Source: Myxococcales bacterium (GTDB taxonomy: Bacteria; Myxococcota_A; UBA9042). From it: a stretch of DNA of 25,741 nt. Below are positions 16,287-25,741 of this stretch, in pieces. The DNA lies in contig JBBISH010000093.1 of the NCBI GenBank assembly GCA_037441385.1, forward strand, positions 1 to 25,741, given 5' to 3'. A program made the translations under genes and the position numbers. Under the pieces are notes generated by a model. That model was not told where the DNA came from, did no database searches, and saw only the letters and a program-made list of their open reading frames with translations. Each line of letters starts with the position of its first letter. The first letter of the stretch is position 1.

Positions 16287-17177
16287 CTAGTTGTCGGACC
16301 GCAACCAGCGCACCGTGTGGGTGGGACCGCCCAGAACAGCTTGCGGCAAGCCCTTGCCCAGATTGTGCTTTTCGGCGTGGTCGATCAGCGCGTCGGCCTG
16401 GGCGCGGCTGCCGAGCTCGACCGCCAACAGCCCGCCCGGCATCAAGAATTCGGCGGCCCGGTCGACGATCCAGCGCAGGAGGTCGCTGCCGTCCGCGCCG
16501 CCGTCCAAGGCCAGCCGCGGCTCCCATTGGCGGACATCCACGTCCAGTTTGGCAATGTCACCCGAGCGAACATAAGGCGGATTGCTGACAATTGCGGCAA
16601 ATTGCTGCCCCGTAGCGAACGGCTGCCACAGGTTGCCCTGGCGAAATTCAATCGCCACGTCGGTCGTCTTGGCGTTGCGCTGCGCCACATCCAGGGCGGC
16701 CTGCGACACGTCGGTAGCCCAAACCTGCCGGGGCAAAGACTTTTGCCGCACGTGGTGGGCAAGGGCGATGGCCACGCAACCGCTGCCCGTGCACAGGTCC
16801 AGCACATCGCCGGCCGGCGCGGCGGGATCGTCGACAAAGGCGACGGCCAAGTCGACTAGCGACTCCGTCTCGGGCCGGGGCACCAGCACACTGGCATCTA
16901 CGGCAAAGTCTAGGTCAAAAAACGCTTTCCTGCCCAAGATATAGGCCACGGGCTCCAGCTTGGCGCGGCGCTTGATGAGCGCCTTGTACTCGGCGAGCTC
17001 GTCGCCTTGCACCGGCTGGTCAAAGCGCAGAAACAGGTGCAATCGGTCGGTCTTCAGCACGTGCGCCAGCAGGAGCTCGCCATCCAGCCGCGGCGTCGCC
17101 GACCCCTGCTTGGTCAGCCACTCGCGCGTCCACTGCAGCAGGCGGGCAACCGTCCAGATTTCAGGCGCTTCGCTCAC
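16287..17177 (-). CDS. prmC: Release factor N5-glutamine methyltransferase
   Basis: PRLDGELLLAHVL, RR...EPVAYILG, VLVPRPETE, LDLCTGSGC, IVSNPPY, EPRLALDGGADG. Confidence 0.95.
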   Translation of the reverse strand: MSEAPEIWTVARLLQWTREWLTKQGSATPRLDGELLLAHVLKTDRLHLFLRFDQPVQGDELAEYKALIKRRAKLEPVAYILGRKAFFDLDFAVDASVLVPRPETESLVDLAVAFVDDPAAPAGDVLDLCTGSGCVAIALAHHVRQKSLPRQVWATDVSQAALDVAQRNAKTTDVAIEFRQGNLWQPFATGQQFAAIVSNPPYVRSGDIAKLDVDVRQWEPRLALDGGADGSDLLRWIVDRAAEFLMPGGLLAVELGSRAQADALIDHAEKHNLGKGLPQAVLGGPTHTVRWLRSDN

Positions 17178-17854
17178 AGCGTCCCCCCGGCCTGCCAGGC
17201 AGCCGCCAGTTGACTCAGCCGCGCGTAGCTATTTTCTGCAGTGGGGCGATCGCCCGCGGGCCCCAGCCAGCCACTGATCACGGCCATGGCGTGGGCACCA
17301 GCGGCGCGGGCCAACACTGCGTGCTCCAAGCCCAAACCGCCAATCGCTACGATGGGTTTGGCGCTGGCCGCGCAGGCGTCGGTCAGCTGCGCCCAGCCCG
17401 TGACCGGGTCCAAGCCGCGCTTGCTGCCCGTCCAGAGGATAGGACCAAAGCCCAGGTAATCACAGGCCAGATCCTGGGCAGCGCGCACCTGTTCCAGGTC
17501 GTGGGTCGACCAGCCGAGCAGCGCGTCCGCCGCCAGCGCCCGGGCCTGCGTCACATCGCCGTCGCCCTGCCCCAGGTGCAGTCCAGCCCCCAGGGCGCGC
17601 GCGGCCCCCGCGTCGTCGTTGATCACCAGTGGCATCTGGCCGGCCAGCGCACGCGCCAGCACCTGGCCTGCCAGGACACGCAATTCGCTTGCGTTCTCTA
17701 GACCTTTCAGGCGCAACTGCAGAGCCACGGCACCGGCCTCGCGCGCCGCCACGGCCAGCTCGGCGAGCCACGGCAAGGCAGCGCGCACTTGGTCCGGCGA
17801 GGCCAGACCCAGCCGGTCGCCGTCCAAGATCGCGTAAATGCCAGTGGAAAACAT
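17174..17854 (-). CDS. thiE: Thiamine-phosphate synthase
   Basis: LQLRLK, LVINDD, GLHLGQGD, GWSTH, DYLGFGPI..TGSK, PIVAIGG. GTGA overlap with prmC. Confidence 0.9.
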   Translation of the reverse strand: MFSTGIYAILDGDRLGLASPDQVRAALPWLAELAVAAREAGAVALQLRLKGLENASELRVLAGQVLARALAGQMPLVINDDAGAARALGAGLHLGQGDGDVTQARALAADALLGWSTHDLEQVRAAQDLACDYLGFGPILWTGSKRGLDPVTGWAQLTDACAASAKPIVAIGGLGLEHAVLARAAGAHAMAVISGWLGPAGDRPTAENSYARLSQLAAAWQAGGTL

Positions 17855-17865
17855 GGAGTCACGGC

Positions 17866-17900
17866 TCGTGCACCACGACGAGAAATAGGCCGGTGCACGA
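17866..17900 (-). other. Hairpin between the tRNA-Val 3' end and the thiE start
   Basis: 9-bp perfect inverted repeat tcgtgcacc/ggtgcacga; no clear U-tract. Confidence 0.45.
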
Positions 17901-17927
17901 CTCGAAAATACAGCAGAAATGGTGCCT

Positions 17928-18003
17928 TGGTAGGCGCGGGCGGATTTGAACCGCCGACCCCCACGATGTCAACGTGGTGCTCTAACCCCTGAGCTACGCG
18001 CCT
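17928..18003 (-). tRNA. tRNA-Val(GAC)
   Basis: Reverse complement AGGCGCGTAGCTCAGGGGTTAGAGCACCACGTTGACATCGTGGGGGTCGGCGGTTCAAATCCGCCCGCGCCTACCA: full cloverleaf, anticodon GAC, encoded CCA. Confidence 0.97.
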
Positions 18004-18141
18004 TTGGTCGGCCGGCTGCCGCTTGGGCGCCGGGCGACGCGTCTTGTACGCCTTTGGCGGGTCGCTGTCAACTGCCCCCGGGCGAACGGGGTGGCCGCGC
18101 TCGAAGTTGCCAAGCGCCGTCAGTCGGCTACGATCCCGGCG

Positions 18142-18903
18142 ATGCCGCGCCGCCTGCCCAGTTTGCCCCAGCTTGCCGCCCTGCTCGCCGCCTTGCTGAC
18201 GCTCGGTTGGCCGCTCGCGGCCCAGGCCGAGTGGAAGTCCGTGCAGCAAGTCACCTTGGGCACCGCGCAAGTGCTGGAGCAAGGCGCGATCCACTTTGGC
18301 ATCGTGGCGCCCATAGCCTACGGGGCCTCTTCGCGCCTCACGGTGCAGTCGCACCCGATCCTGGACCTGCTGCTGGTGCCCAACCTGGCGTTCCGCTACC
18401 GAATCGTGGACCAGACCCACTACGTCGTGTCGGCCACGGGCAGTTTCAAGCGGTCCTTTGGCCAGGTAGCCGCCACCACCGCGCAGGCCGGGGCCTTGGC
18501 GCCGGGCGAGTTGCTGGGCGGCGGCATCGCGACCTGGTACCCCAACAATTCTTGGGCCATGACGGGTGGCGTCGTCTACGCGGGCCAGTTCGACGAGCGC
18601 ATCAACAACCGCTACGTCGGCCTGTCGCATGGCATTTCGGTGTCGGCCCAGTTGCACTGGCTCGCCCGGCCGAGCGACCTGGTGCAGGTGTCGATGTTGC
18701 AGCGCTACGGAATCAGCGCGGGCAGCTTTAATCGCCCCGAGGTGACGCTGGGCTGGGCGCACGCCTTCCAACGCTGGCTGTCGGGTGCCCATCTGTTGCT
18801 GTCGCTGACCCTGAACGATGCGGCTGGCTACGATATCCCCGGTCTGTCGTGGTTGCAGCGCTGGCCGTTGCTCCCCTACGTGGATCTTTGGTGGAGGCTG
18901 TAG
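18142..18903 (+). CDS. Hypothetical exported protein, possible outer-membrane beta-barrel
   Basis: Signal peptide ending LAAQA; GTAQVLEQG motif; alternating beta-strand pattern; C-terminal PYVDLWWRL. Confidence 0.65.
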   Translation: MPRRLPSLPQLAALLAALLTLGWPLAAQAEWKSVQQVTLGTAQVLEQGAIHFGIVAPIAYGASSRLTVQSHPILDLLLVPNLAFRYRIVDQTHYVVSATGSFKRSFGQVAATTAQAGALAPGELLGGGIATWYPNNSWAMTGGVVYAGQFDERINNRYVGLSHGISVSAQLHWLARPSDLVQVSMLQRYGISAGSFNRPEVTLGWAHAFQRWLSGAHLLLSLTLNDAAGYDIPGLSWLQRWPLLPYVDLWWRL

Positions 18904-19353
18904 GTGGCAACCAAGGAACTCGTCAGCGAATTTGAGGCGCGCCGTGTCGAGCGGATGCTGCGCAGCGCGTGGCCGGGAATGCTGGCCGTGGGCGAAGAAC
19001 TGCGCGTGCTGTCGGGTGTGCTCGACTCGGGGTGGGTGGCCGTTACATGGCAACTAGCTGACGCAGAACGGAAAAACGTCTACACAGTGGAAGTGCGGGT
19101 GGCGCTCGGCACGCCCAAGCAGCCGGGCCTGCGCGAACGGGAGGCGGTCGAGCTGCTCTACGACTTCCTGGCGGCCCAGTTCGAGGATCTGCTGCGCGGC
19201 GACCGGCGGCCCTTTTCGGGTCCGCGCTGGGAGGAAGTTGAATTTGCCGGTCACAAGCTGCACCTGCGCGGCCAGATGGTGGATGAACAGCGCGAGAACG
19301 CCGCAACAACGCTGATCGATGCCGCAGCTGACACCCCGGCCAAGACGCCGTGA
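18904..19353 (+). CDS. Hypothetical protein
   Basis: GTG directly after the upstream TAG, GGAGG RBS at ~18893, protein-like composition. Confidence 0.7.
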   Translation: MATKELVSEFEARRVERMLRSAWPGMLAVGEELRVLSGVLDSGWVAVTWQLADAERKNVYTVEVRVALGTPKQPGLREREAVELLYDFLAAQFEDLLRGDRRPFSGPRWEEVEFAGHKLHLRGQMVDEQRENAATTLIDAAADTPAKTP

Positions 19354-19390
19354 GGCCACGCCGCTGTTACAAAACCGTGGTAGCGGCGGC

Positions 19391-19418
19391 TTGACACCCC
19401 GGTTCTGCGGACGATGAT
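19391..19418 (+). promoter_or_regulatory. Putative sigma70 promoter of mdh-sdh
   Basis: TTGACA at 19391-19396, 16-bp spacer, GATGAT. Confidence 0.4.
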
Positions 19419-19540
19419 TCAGCCGCTAGCGTGGACCCGGCGTGCGGGCTCGTGCTGCGAGTGCCCGTGTACGGATTTCCGTAGAAGGGGTGCCCCCTCC
19501 GGCGCCCAGAACTGCCTAACTCTTGAATTCGAGGACGATC

Positions 19541-20527
19541 ATGGCACAGCCTATTCGCGTTGCAGTCACCGGTGCCGCCGGTCAAATTGGCTACAGCATC
19601 CTGTTCCGCCTGGCTTCGGGCGAGACCTTCGGCAACCGCCCGGTGATCCTGCAGCTGCTGGATCTGCCGATTCCCGAAGTGCAAAAGGCCCTGCAAGGCG
19701 TGGCGATGGAACTGCAGGACTGCGGCTTCAAGACCCTGGCCGGCATCGAGACCACCGACGACCCGAACGTGGCGTTCAATGGCGTCTCGTGGGCGCTGCT
19801 CGTGGGCAGCAAGCCCCGCGGCCCCGGCATGGCCCGCGCCGACCTGATCCGCGAAAACGGCCCGATCTTCGTGGGTCAGGGCAACGCGCTCGAGAAGGGC
19901 GCCAGCGACCTGCGCGTGCTGGTGGTGGGCAACCCCTGCAACACCAACTGCCTGATCGCCGCCGCCAACTGCAAGAGCGTCCCCAAGGAGCGCTTCTTCG
20001 CCATGACCCGCCTGGACGAGAACCGTGCCATCGCGCAGCTCGCCAACAAGGCCGGCGTCACCAACGCCGACGTGTCGCGCGTGTCCGTGTTCGGCAACCA
20101 CAGCGAGTCGATGTACCCCGACTTCGAGAACGCCAAGATCAGCGGCAAGAGCGCCAAGACGATCATCAAGGATCTGAAGTGGCTGCGCGGCGAGTTCGTG
20201 GGCAACGTCCAGAACCGCGGCAAGGCGATCATCGCGGCGCGCGGCAAGTCGTCGGCGGCCTCGGCGGCCTCGGCGGCCATCGACCACGTCAAGGACCTGG
20301 AGAAGAAGACGGCGCGCGGCCAGTGGTTCAGCGCCGCCATCTGGAGCGACGGCTCGTACGACGCCCCCAAGGGCATCTACACCTCGATGCCCATCACCTC
20401 GGACGGCAAGGGCGGCTACAGCGTGGTTCAGGGCCTGAAGCTCAGCAAGTGGGCCAAGGACAAGATCCGCGTGACCAACGAAGAGCTGCTCGCCGAGCGC
20501 GAAGTGGTCAAGGACCTGCTCAAGTAA
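19541..20527 (+). CDS. mdh: Malate dehydrogenase (MDH type 2)
   Basis: [70 protein letters not shown]. Confidence 0.97.
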   Translation: MAQPIRVAVTGAAGQIGYSILFRLASGETFGNRPVILQLLDLPIPEVQKALQGVAMELQDCGFKTLAGIETTDDPNVAFNGVSWALLVGSKPRGPGMARADLIRENGPIFVGQGNALEKGASDLRVLVVGNPCNTNCLIAAANCKSVPKERFFAMTRLDENRAIAQLANKAGVTNADVSRVSVFGNHSESMYPDFENAKISGKSAKTIIKDLKWLRGEFVGNVQNRGKAIIAARGKSSAASAASAAIDHVKDLEKKTARGQWFSAAIWSDGSYDAPKGIYTSMPITSDGKGGYSVVQGLKLSKWAKDKIRVTNEELLAEREVVKDLLK

Positions 20528-20540
20528 GATTCGCCGCACC

Positions 20541-20584
20541 GCGCTGGCCCAGTTCGCCAAGCCCCTGGCGCGCTGGGCCGGCGC
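20541..20584 (+). other. Strong GC-rich intergenic hairpin after mdh (stabiliser or attenuator candidate)
   Basis: gcgctggcccag/ctgggccggcgc 12-bp stem (one G-U) plus inner cgcca/tggcg. Confidence 0.5.
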
Positions 20585-20685
20585 CGGTCGCATCCCCAGC
20601 CTGCTCCGCACCGCGGCGCCGCGTTTGGCCCGCTCGCGTGTCGAGCTTGTTTTGCAGTGTTCGTCTTTCAGTAACGAGGCCCTAC

Positions 20686-21414
20686 ATGGACGGTGATGTC
20701 GTCAAAGTGCCCGCTCCGGGCGTAGCCAAAGTGATCGACCGGCTGTTGGCGTCGACCATTGGTCAAAAAGCCGTCATGGCGGCCACCGGTTTCGCGCTGG
20801 TCGGCTTTGTGTTCGTGCACATGGCCGGGCACTTGCAGATGTTTCAGGGCCCCGAAGCCTACAACAAGTACGCCCACATGCTGCAGAGCATGGGCGGCAT
20901 CAAGTGGGGTCTGCGCGGCGCCCTGCTGTTCGGCGTGTTTGCCCATATGTGGGCCGGCGCGCGGCTGATGCTGCGCAACATGGGCGCCCGCCCCGAGAAC
21001 TACGCGGTGAACAAGTGGTTGGCGGCCACGCCCGCCGCCAAGACGATGCGCGCCACCGGGCCGATCGTGCTGTTCTTCATCGTCTACCACCTGCTGCACT
21101 TCACCCTGCTCAAGGTGTCGTCGCAGGGCTTTGACGAGATGATGTACAACCTGAACGGCGTCGATGTACCGGATGTGTACCAGCGCATGGTCATCAGCTA
21201 CCAGAACCCTGTGATCACTACGGTGTATGTCCTGGCAGTGACCCTGCTCGGCACGCACCTGGCGCACGGCATCCAGAGCATGTTCCAGACCTTGGGCCTG
21301 AACAACGCCACCTACCGCCCGGCCATCCAGATCGCCAGCAAGGCTTTGGCGCTGGTCGCGGTCTTGGGCTTTGTGGCGGTGCCGCTGGCTATCCTGGCCG
21401 GCGTCATCAAGTAG
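20686..21414 (+). CDS. sdhC: Succinate dehydrogenase cytochrome b subunit (b558 family)
   Basis: STIGQKAVMAATG, FVFVHMAGHL, YHLLHFT, HLAHGIQSMFQTLG; five TM helices. Confidence 0.93.
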   Translation: MDGDVVKVPAPGVAKVIDRLLASTIGQKAVMAATGFALVGFVFVHMAGHLQMFQGPEAYNKYAHMLQSMGGIKWGLRGALLFGVFAHMWAGARLMLRNMGARPENYAVNKWLAATPAAKTMRATGPIVLFFIVYHLLHFTLLKVSSQGFDEMMYNLNGVDVPDVYQRMVISYQNPVITTVYVLAVTLLGTHLAHGIQSMFQTLGLNNATYRPAIQIASKALALVAVLGFVAVPLAILAGVIK

Positions 21415-21501
21415 CAGCGTGCTCGCAGCGTAGCAATCCAGCGGCTCTGCCGCACCCGGCGCGTGGCTTGCGCGCCCTGCCCCTGGCCTTGGAGGCCCCA
21501 T

Positions 21502-23424
<1,923 letters not shown>

Positions 23425-23449
23425 ACCCAGCACGCTGTAGGAGCAGGCA

Positions 23450-24238
23450 ATGAGCGGACACGGACACAGCAGCAGCGGCGGCGGCCTCAACTTGACGCTG
23501 AAGGTCTGGCGGCAAAAAGACGCAGCCAGCCCAGGCGGTTTGGCCTCGTATCAGGTCAGCGGTATCTCGACGGACATGTCGTTCTTGGAGATGTTGGACA
23601 TCCTGAACGAGCAGCTCTTGGAGAAGGGCGAAGAGCCGATCGCCTTTGATCACGACTGCCGCGAGGGCATCTGCGGCATGTGCTCGCTGGTCATCAACGG
23701 CAACCCACACGGGCCCGACTCGGCGACCACCACCTGCCAGTTGCACATGCGCCGCTTCAAAGACGGCGACATCATCACCATCGAGCCCTGGCGGGCCAAG
23801 CCGTTCCCGGTGATCCGCGATCTGGTCGTCGACCGCTCGGCGTTCGATCGCATTCAGGCCCGCGGCGGCTTTGTGTCCGTCAACACCGGCGGCACGCCCG
23901 ACGCCAACGCGATTCCGATCGCCAAGCGCGAAGCCGACTTGTCGATGGACGCCGCCCAGTGCATCGGCTGCGGCGCCTGCGTGGCGGCGTGCAAGAACGC
24001 GTCGGCGATGCTGTTCGTGGGCGCCAAGGTCAGCCAATACCTGCACCTGCCGCAGGGCCAGCCCGAGCGGTACCGCCGCGTGCTGGCGATGATGGAGCAG
24101 CACGACGCCGAGGGCTTTGGCGGCTGCACCAACTTCCAAGAGTGCGAGGCGGCGTGCCCCAAAGAGATCTCGGTGCGCGTCATCGCCGAGATGAACCGCG
24201 ACTTCTTGCGGGCGACCTTGGTGGGCACCGAACTCTAG
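23450..24238 (+). CDS. sdhB: Succinate dehydrogenase/fumarate reductase iron-sulfur subunit
   Basis: [43 protein letters not shown]. Confidence 0.97.
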   Translation: MSGHGHSSSGGGLNLTLKVWRQKDAASPGGLASYQVSGISTDMSFLEMLDILNEQLLEKGEEPIAFDHDCREGICGMCSLVINGNPHGPDSATTTCQLHMRRFKDGDIITIEPWRAKPFPVIRDLVVDRSAFDRIQARGGFVSVNTGGTPDANAIPIAKREADLSMDAAQCIGCGACVAACKNASAMLFVGAKVSQYLHLPQGQPERYRRVLAMMEQHDAEGFGGCTNFQECEAACPKEISVRVIAEMNRDFLRATLVGTEL

Positions 24239-24477
24239 GTCACCCGCGCAGACTGTCCCCTTGCCAACCTCACCGGCTTTGCAGGTCGCTGCGCCAGCCG
24301 CAGAGTCGCGTCGTTGAGTCCGGCCTGGGTACGGCAGATTCGTTAAGCAATTGCGTTTGGCGGCCGGGATCGGTGCCGGTTGTGCTGTGTTTGGGTAGCC
24401 TGGCCCCGGTTGAGCCGAGCGCAAAACTCCGTCACAATACGGGCAGAGTGCAGCGGCGCTCGCCTCGCGGGACGGCA

Positions 24478-25548
24478 ATGACCAGCCACAATTCCAGACC
24501 CGACAGCGATGGCTTTGTCGCGGATGACGGACCAAGTGAAGAGGTGGCGCCGCTCGACGAGACCCGCATCGTGCGGATGCGCCCCATGTCCGGCGGGATC
24601 GCCGCGATGCCGAATTCGGAAGAAGCCGCGCCACCTCACAGCGATGCAGCCGAGCCCACGGACAAACTGCGGGCAGAGCGGCCGAATCGACCGCGGCGTG
24701 CTCTGGGCAGCGATACGGTCGAGTTTGGCTTCGACAGCGCGGCCTCGCACCCATCGCCGATGCGCGCAGAGACCTCGCAACAGCCCGCCCTTGGCGCCAC
24801 CCGAATCGACGCTGCCCAACTCACCAGCTTGAATGCCCTGGCGGCGCGGCTGGGCCACCGATTCCAAAATCAGGTGCTGCTGGTCGAGGCCCTGACCGAT
24901 GCCAGCGTCGACGCCAGCTTGCGCAAGGGTGCGGCGGACAATTGGCGCCTGGCGTTTGTGGGTGTGCGGACCGTGGCACTGGTGCTCAGCGAAATGCTGA
25001 TGCATTTCCGGCGCAACCGCGCCTGGAACGAGCTGGAAGCGGCCATGACCGAGCTGACCCAGGCCGGCACCTTGGCGTCGGTAGCGCGCGAGGTCAACCT
25101 GGGCGGCGAACTGCTGGTCGCCGAGCAGTCCGAGGTGCAAGGCCGGCGCGAGGATCGCATGGCGTTGGCGACGGCGGCTGCCGCGGTGGTGGGCGCGGTG
25201 TTTTTTGACGGCGGCTACGCGGCCGCGCGGCAACTGGTGGTACGTCTCTATGCGTCGCGCGTGGACGCACTGACGGCGCGCCTGCGGGCAGCGGCGATCC
25301 CCACCGCGGCGTCGGCCGTGCCAGTGACCCCGTGCGTGCAGCTGTCGGTCCTGGCCAAGCAGCAAGGCAGCGCGCCCATGTACAGCGCCGCGACCGAGAC
25401 GGTGGGCGAGTACGGCCGGCGCGTGCAAGTCAGCGTGGCGCTACAGCTCAATGGCAAGTCGTGGCGCGCCACCGGCGAAGCTGCAGATGCCACGGCTGCC
25501 GAGAATGACGCAGCCCGGCGGCTCTTGAACCAGCTCGCGCGCGGTTGA
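24478..25548 (+). CDS. RNase III-fold protein with degenerate catalytic motifs, disordered N-terminus and dsRBD-like C-terminus (probable pseudo-nuclease)
   Basis: RLGHRFQNQVLLVEALTDAS, NWRLAFVGV (canonical NERLEFLGD), LASVAREVNLG, LATAAAAVVGAVFFDGG (canonical LADxxEAxIGAxxLD), G.A.....AENDAARRLL. Confidence 0.8.
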   Translation: MTSHNSRPDSDGFVADDGPSEEVAPLDETRIVRMRPMSGGIAAMPNSEEAAPPHSDAAEPTDKLRAERPNRPRRALGSDTVEFGFDSAASHPSPMRAETSQQPALGATRIDAAQLTSLNALAARLGHRFQNQVLLVEALTDASVDASLRKGAADNWRLAFVGVRTVALVLSEMLMHFRRNRAWNELEAAMTELTQAGTLASVAREVNLGGELLVAEQSEVQGRREDRMALATAAAAVVGAVFFDGGYAAARQLVVRLYASRVDALTARLRAAAIPTAASAVPVTPCVQLSVLAKQQGSAPMYSAATETVGEYGRRVQVSVALQLNGKSWRATGEAADATAAENDAARRLLNQLARG

Positions 25549-25741
25549 CCGGCACTCGCAGCGCCCGGGCAACCACTCGAAGCGCCGCTGTGGCTGCGAG
25601 CATCTTTCTCTGCAACGGAATTCCCCAGGAATTCGCAACGTGGTGGAGCCATGACGAAGGCCGACGTGCGCCGCTGGCCATCGTCGCCGTGCTGCCTATA
25701 CTCGCGGCAAGGGGGCTTGCCCCGTGCGGTGGGCGGATGAG

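Noticed and set aside
17855..17927. TPP riboswitch upstream of thiE
   Set aside because: Only ~70 nt between the tRNA and thiE, and no CUGAGA or other TPP aptamer motifs seen.
17928..18003. tRNA as an integration site for an island or prophage
   Set aside because: No duplicated tRNA 3' end and no integrase in the window.
19414..21414. 666-aa ORF apparently fusing an N-terminal region to SdhC (similarly 1770-3554 and 23680-25548)
   Set aside because: The extensions are off-frame shadows of real upstream genes in high-GC DNA; the true starts are 20686, 2202 and 24478.
25549..25741. Hairpins (ctcgcagc/gctgcgag, gaattcc/ggaattc) and a possible gene start at the right edge
   Set aside because: Too short and truncated to support a specific call.

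Overview
High-GC bacterial window, most consistent with a Myxococcota/Deltaproteobacteria-like genome (inferred from the Cys-rich repeat proteins and gene content). The left half is accessory: the 3' part of a large Cys-rich repeat surface protein overlapping an orphan TolC gene, a Pro-rich lipoprotein, YqeY, a beta-helix protein, an orphan HExxH-domain (RiPP-type) enzyme, a Cys-rich FGE/SUMF1-domain lipoprotein, a stand-alone DUF4157 (eCIS core) protein, and an LtaS-like protein preceded by a membrane-domain-only paralogue. The right half is mostly housekeeping: tRNA-Val(GAC)-thiE-prmC-prfC on the minus strand, then mdh-sdhCAB, then an RNase III-fold protein whose catalytic acidic residues are all substituted. 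The most unusual non-coding signal is two arrays of back-to-back palindromic units with different sequences, delimited by shared CTAG sites (3551-3856, 4835-5364), on either side of the lipoprotein gene. A separate ~65-bp REP-like hairpin family occurs at three gene ends. No transposase, CRISPR array or rRNA was seen. All calls are by-eye motif recognition; no searches or folding programs were run.
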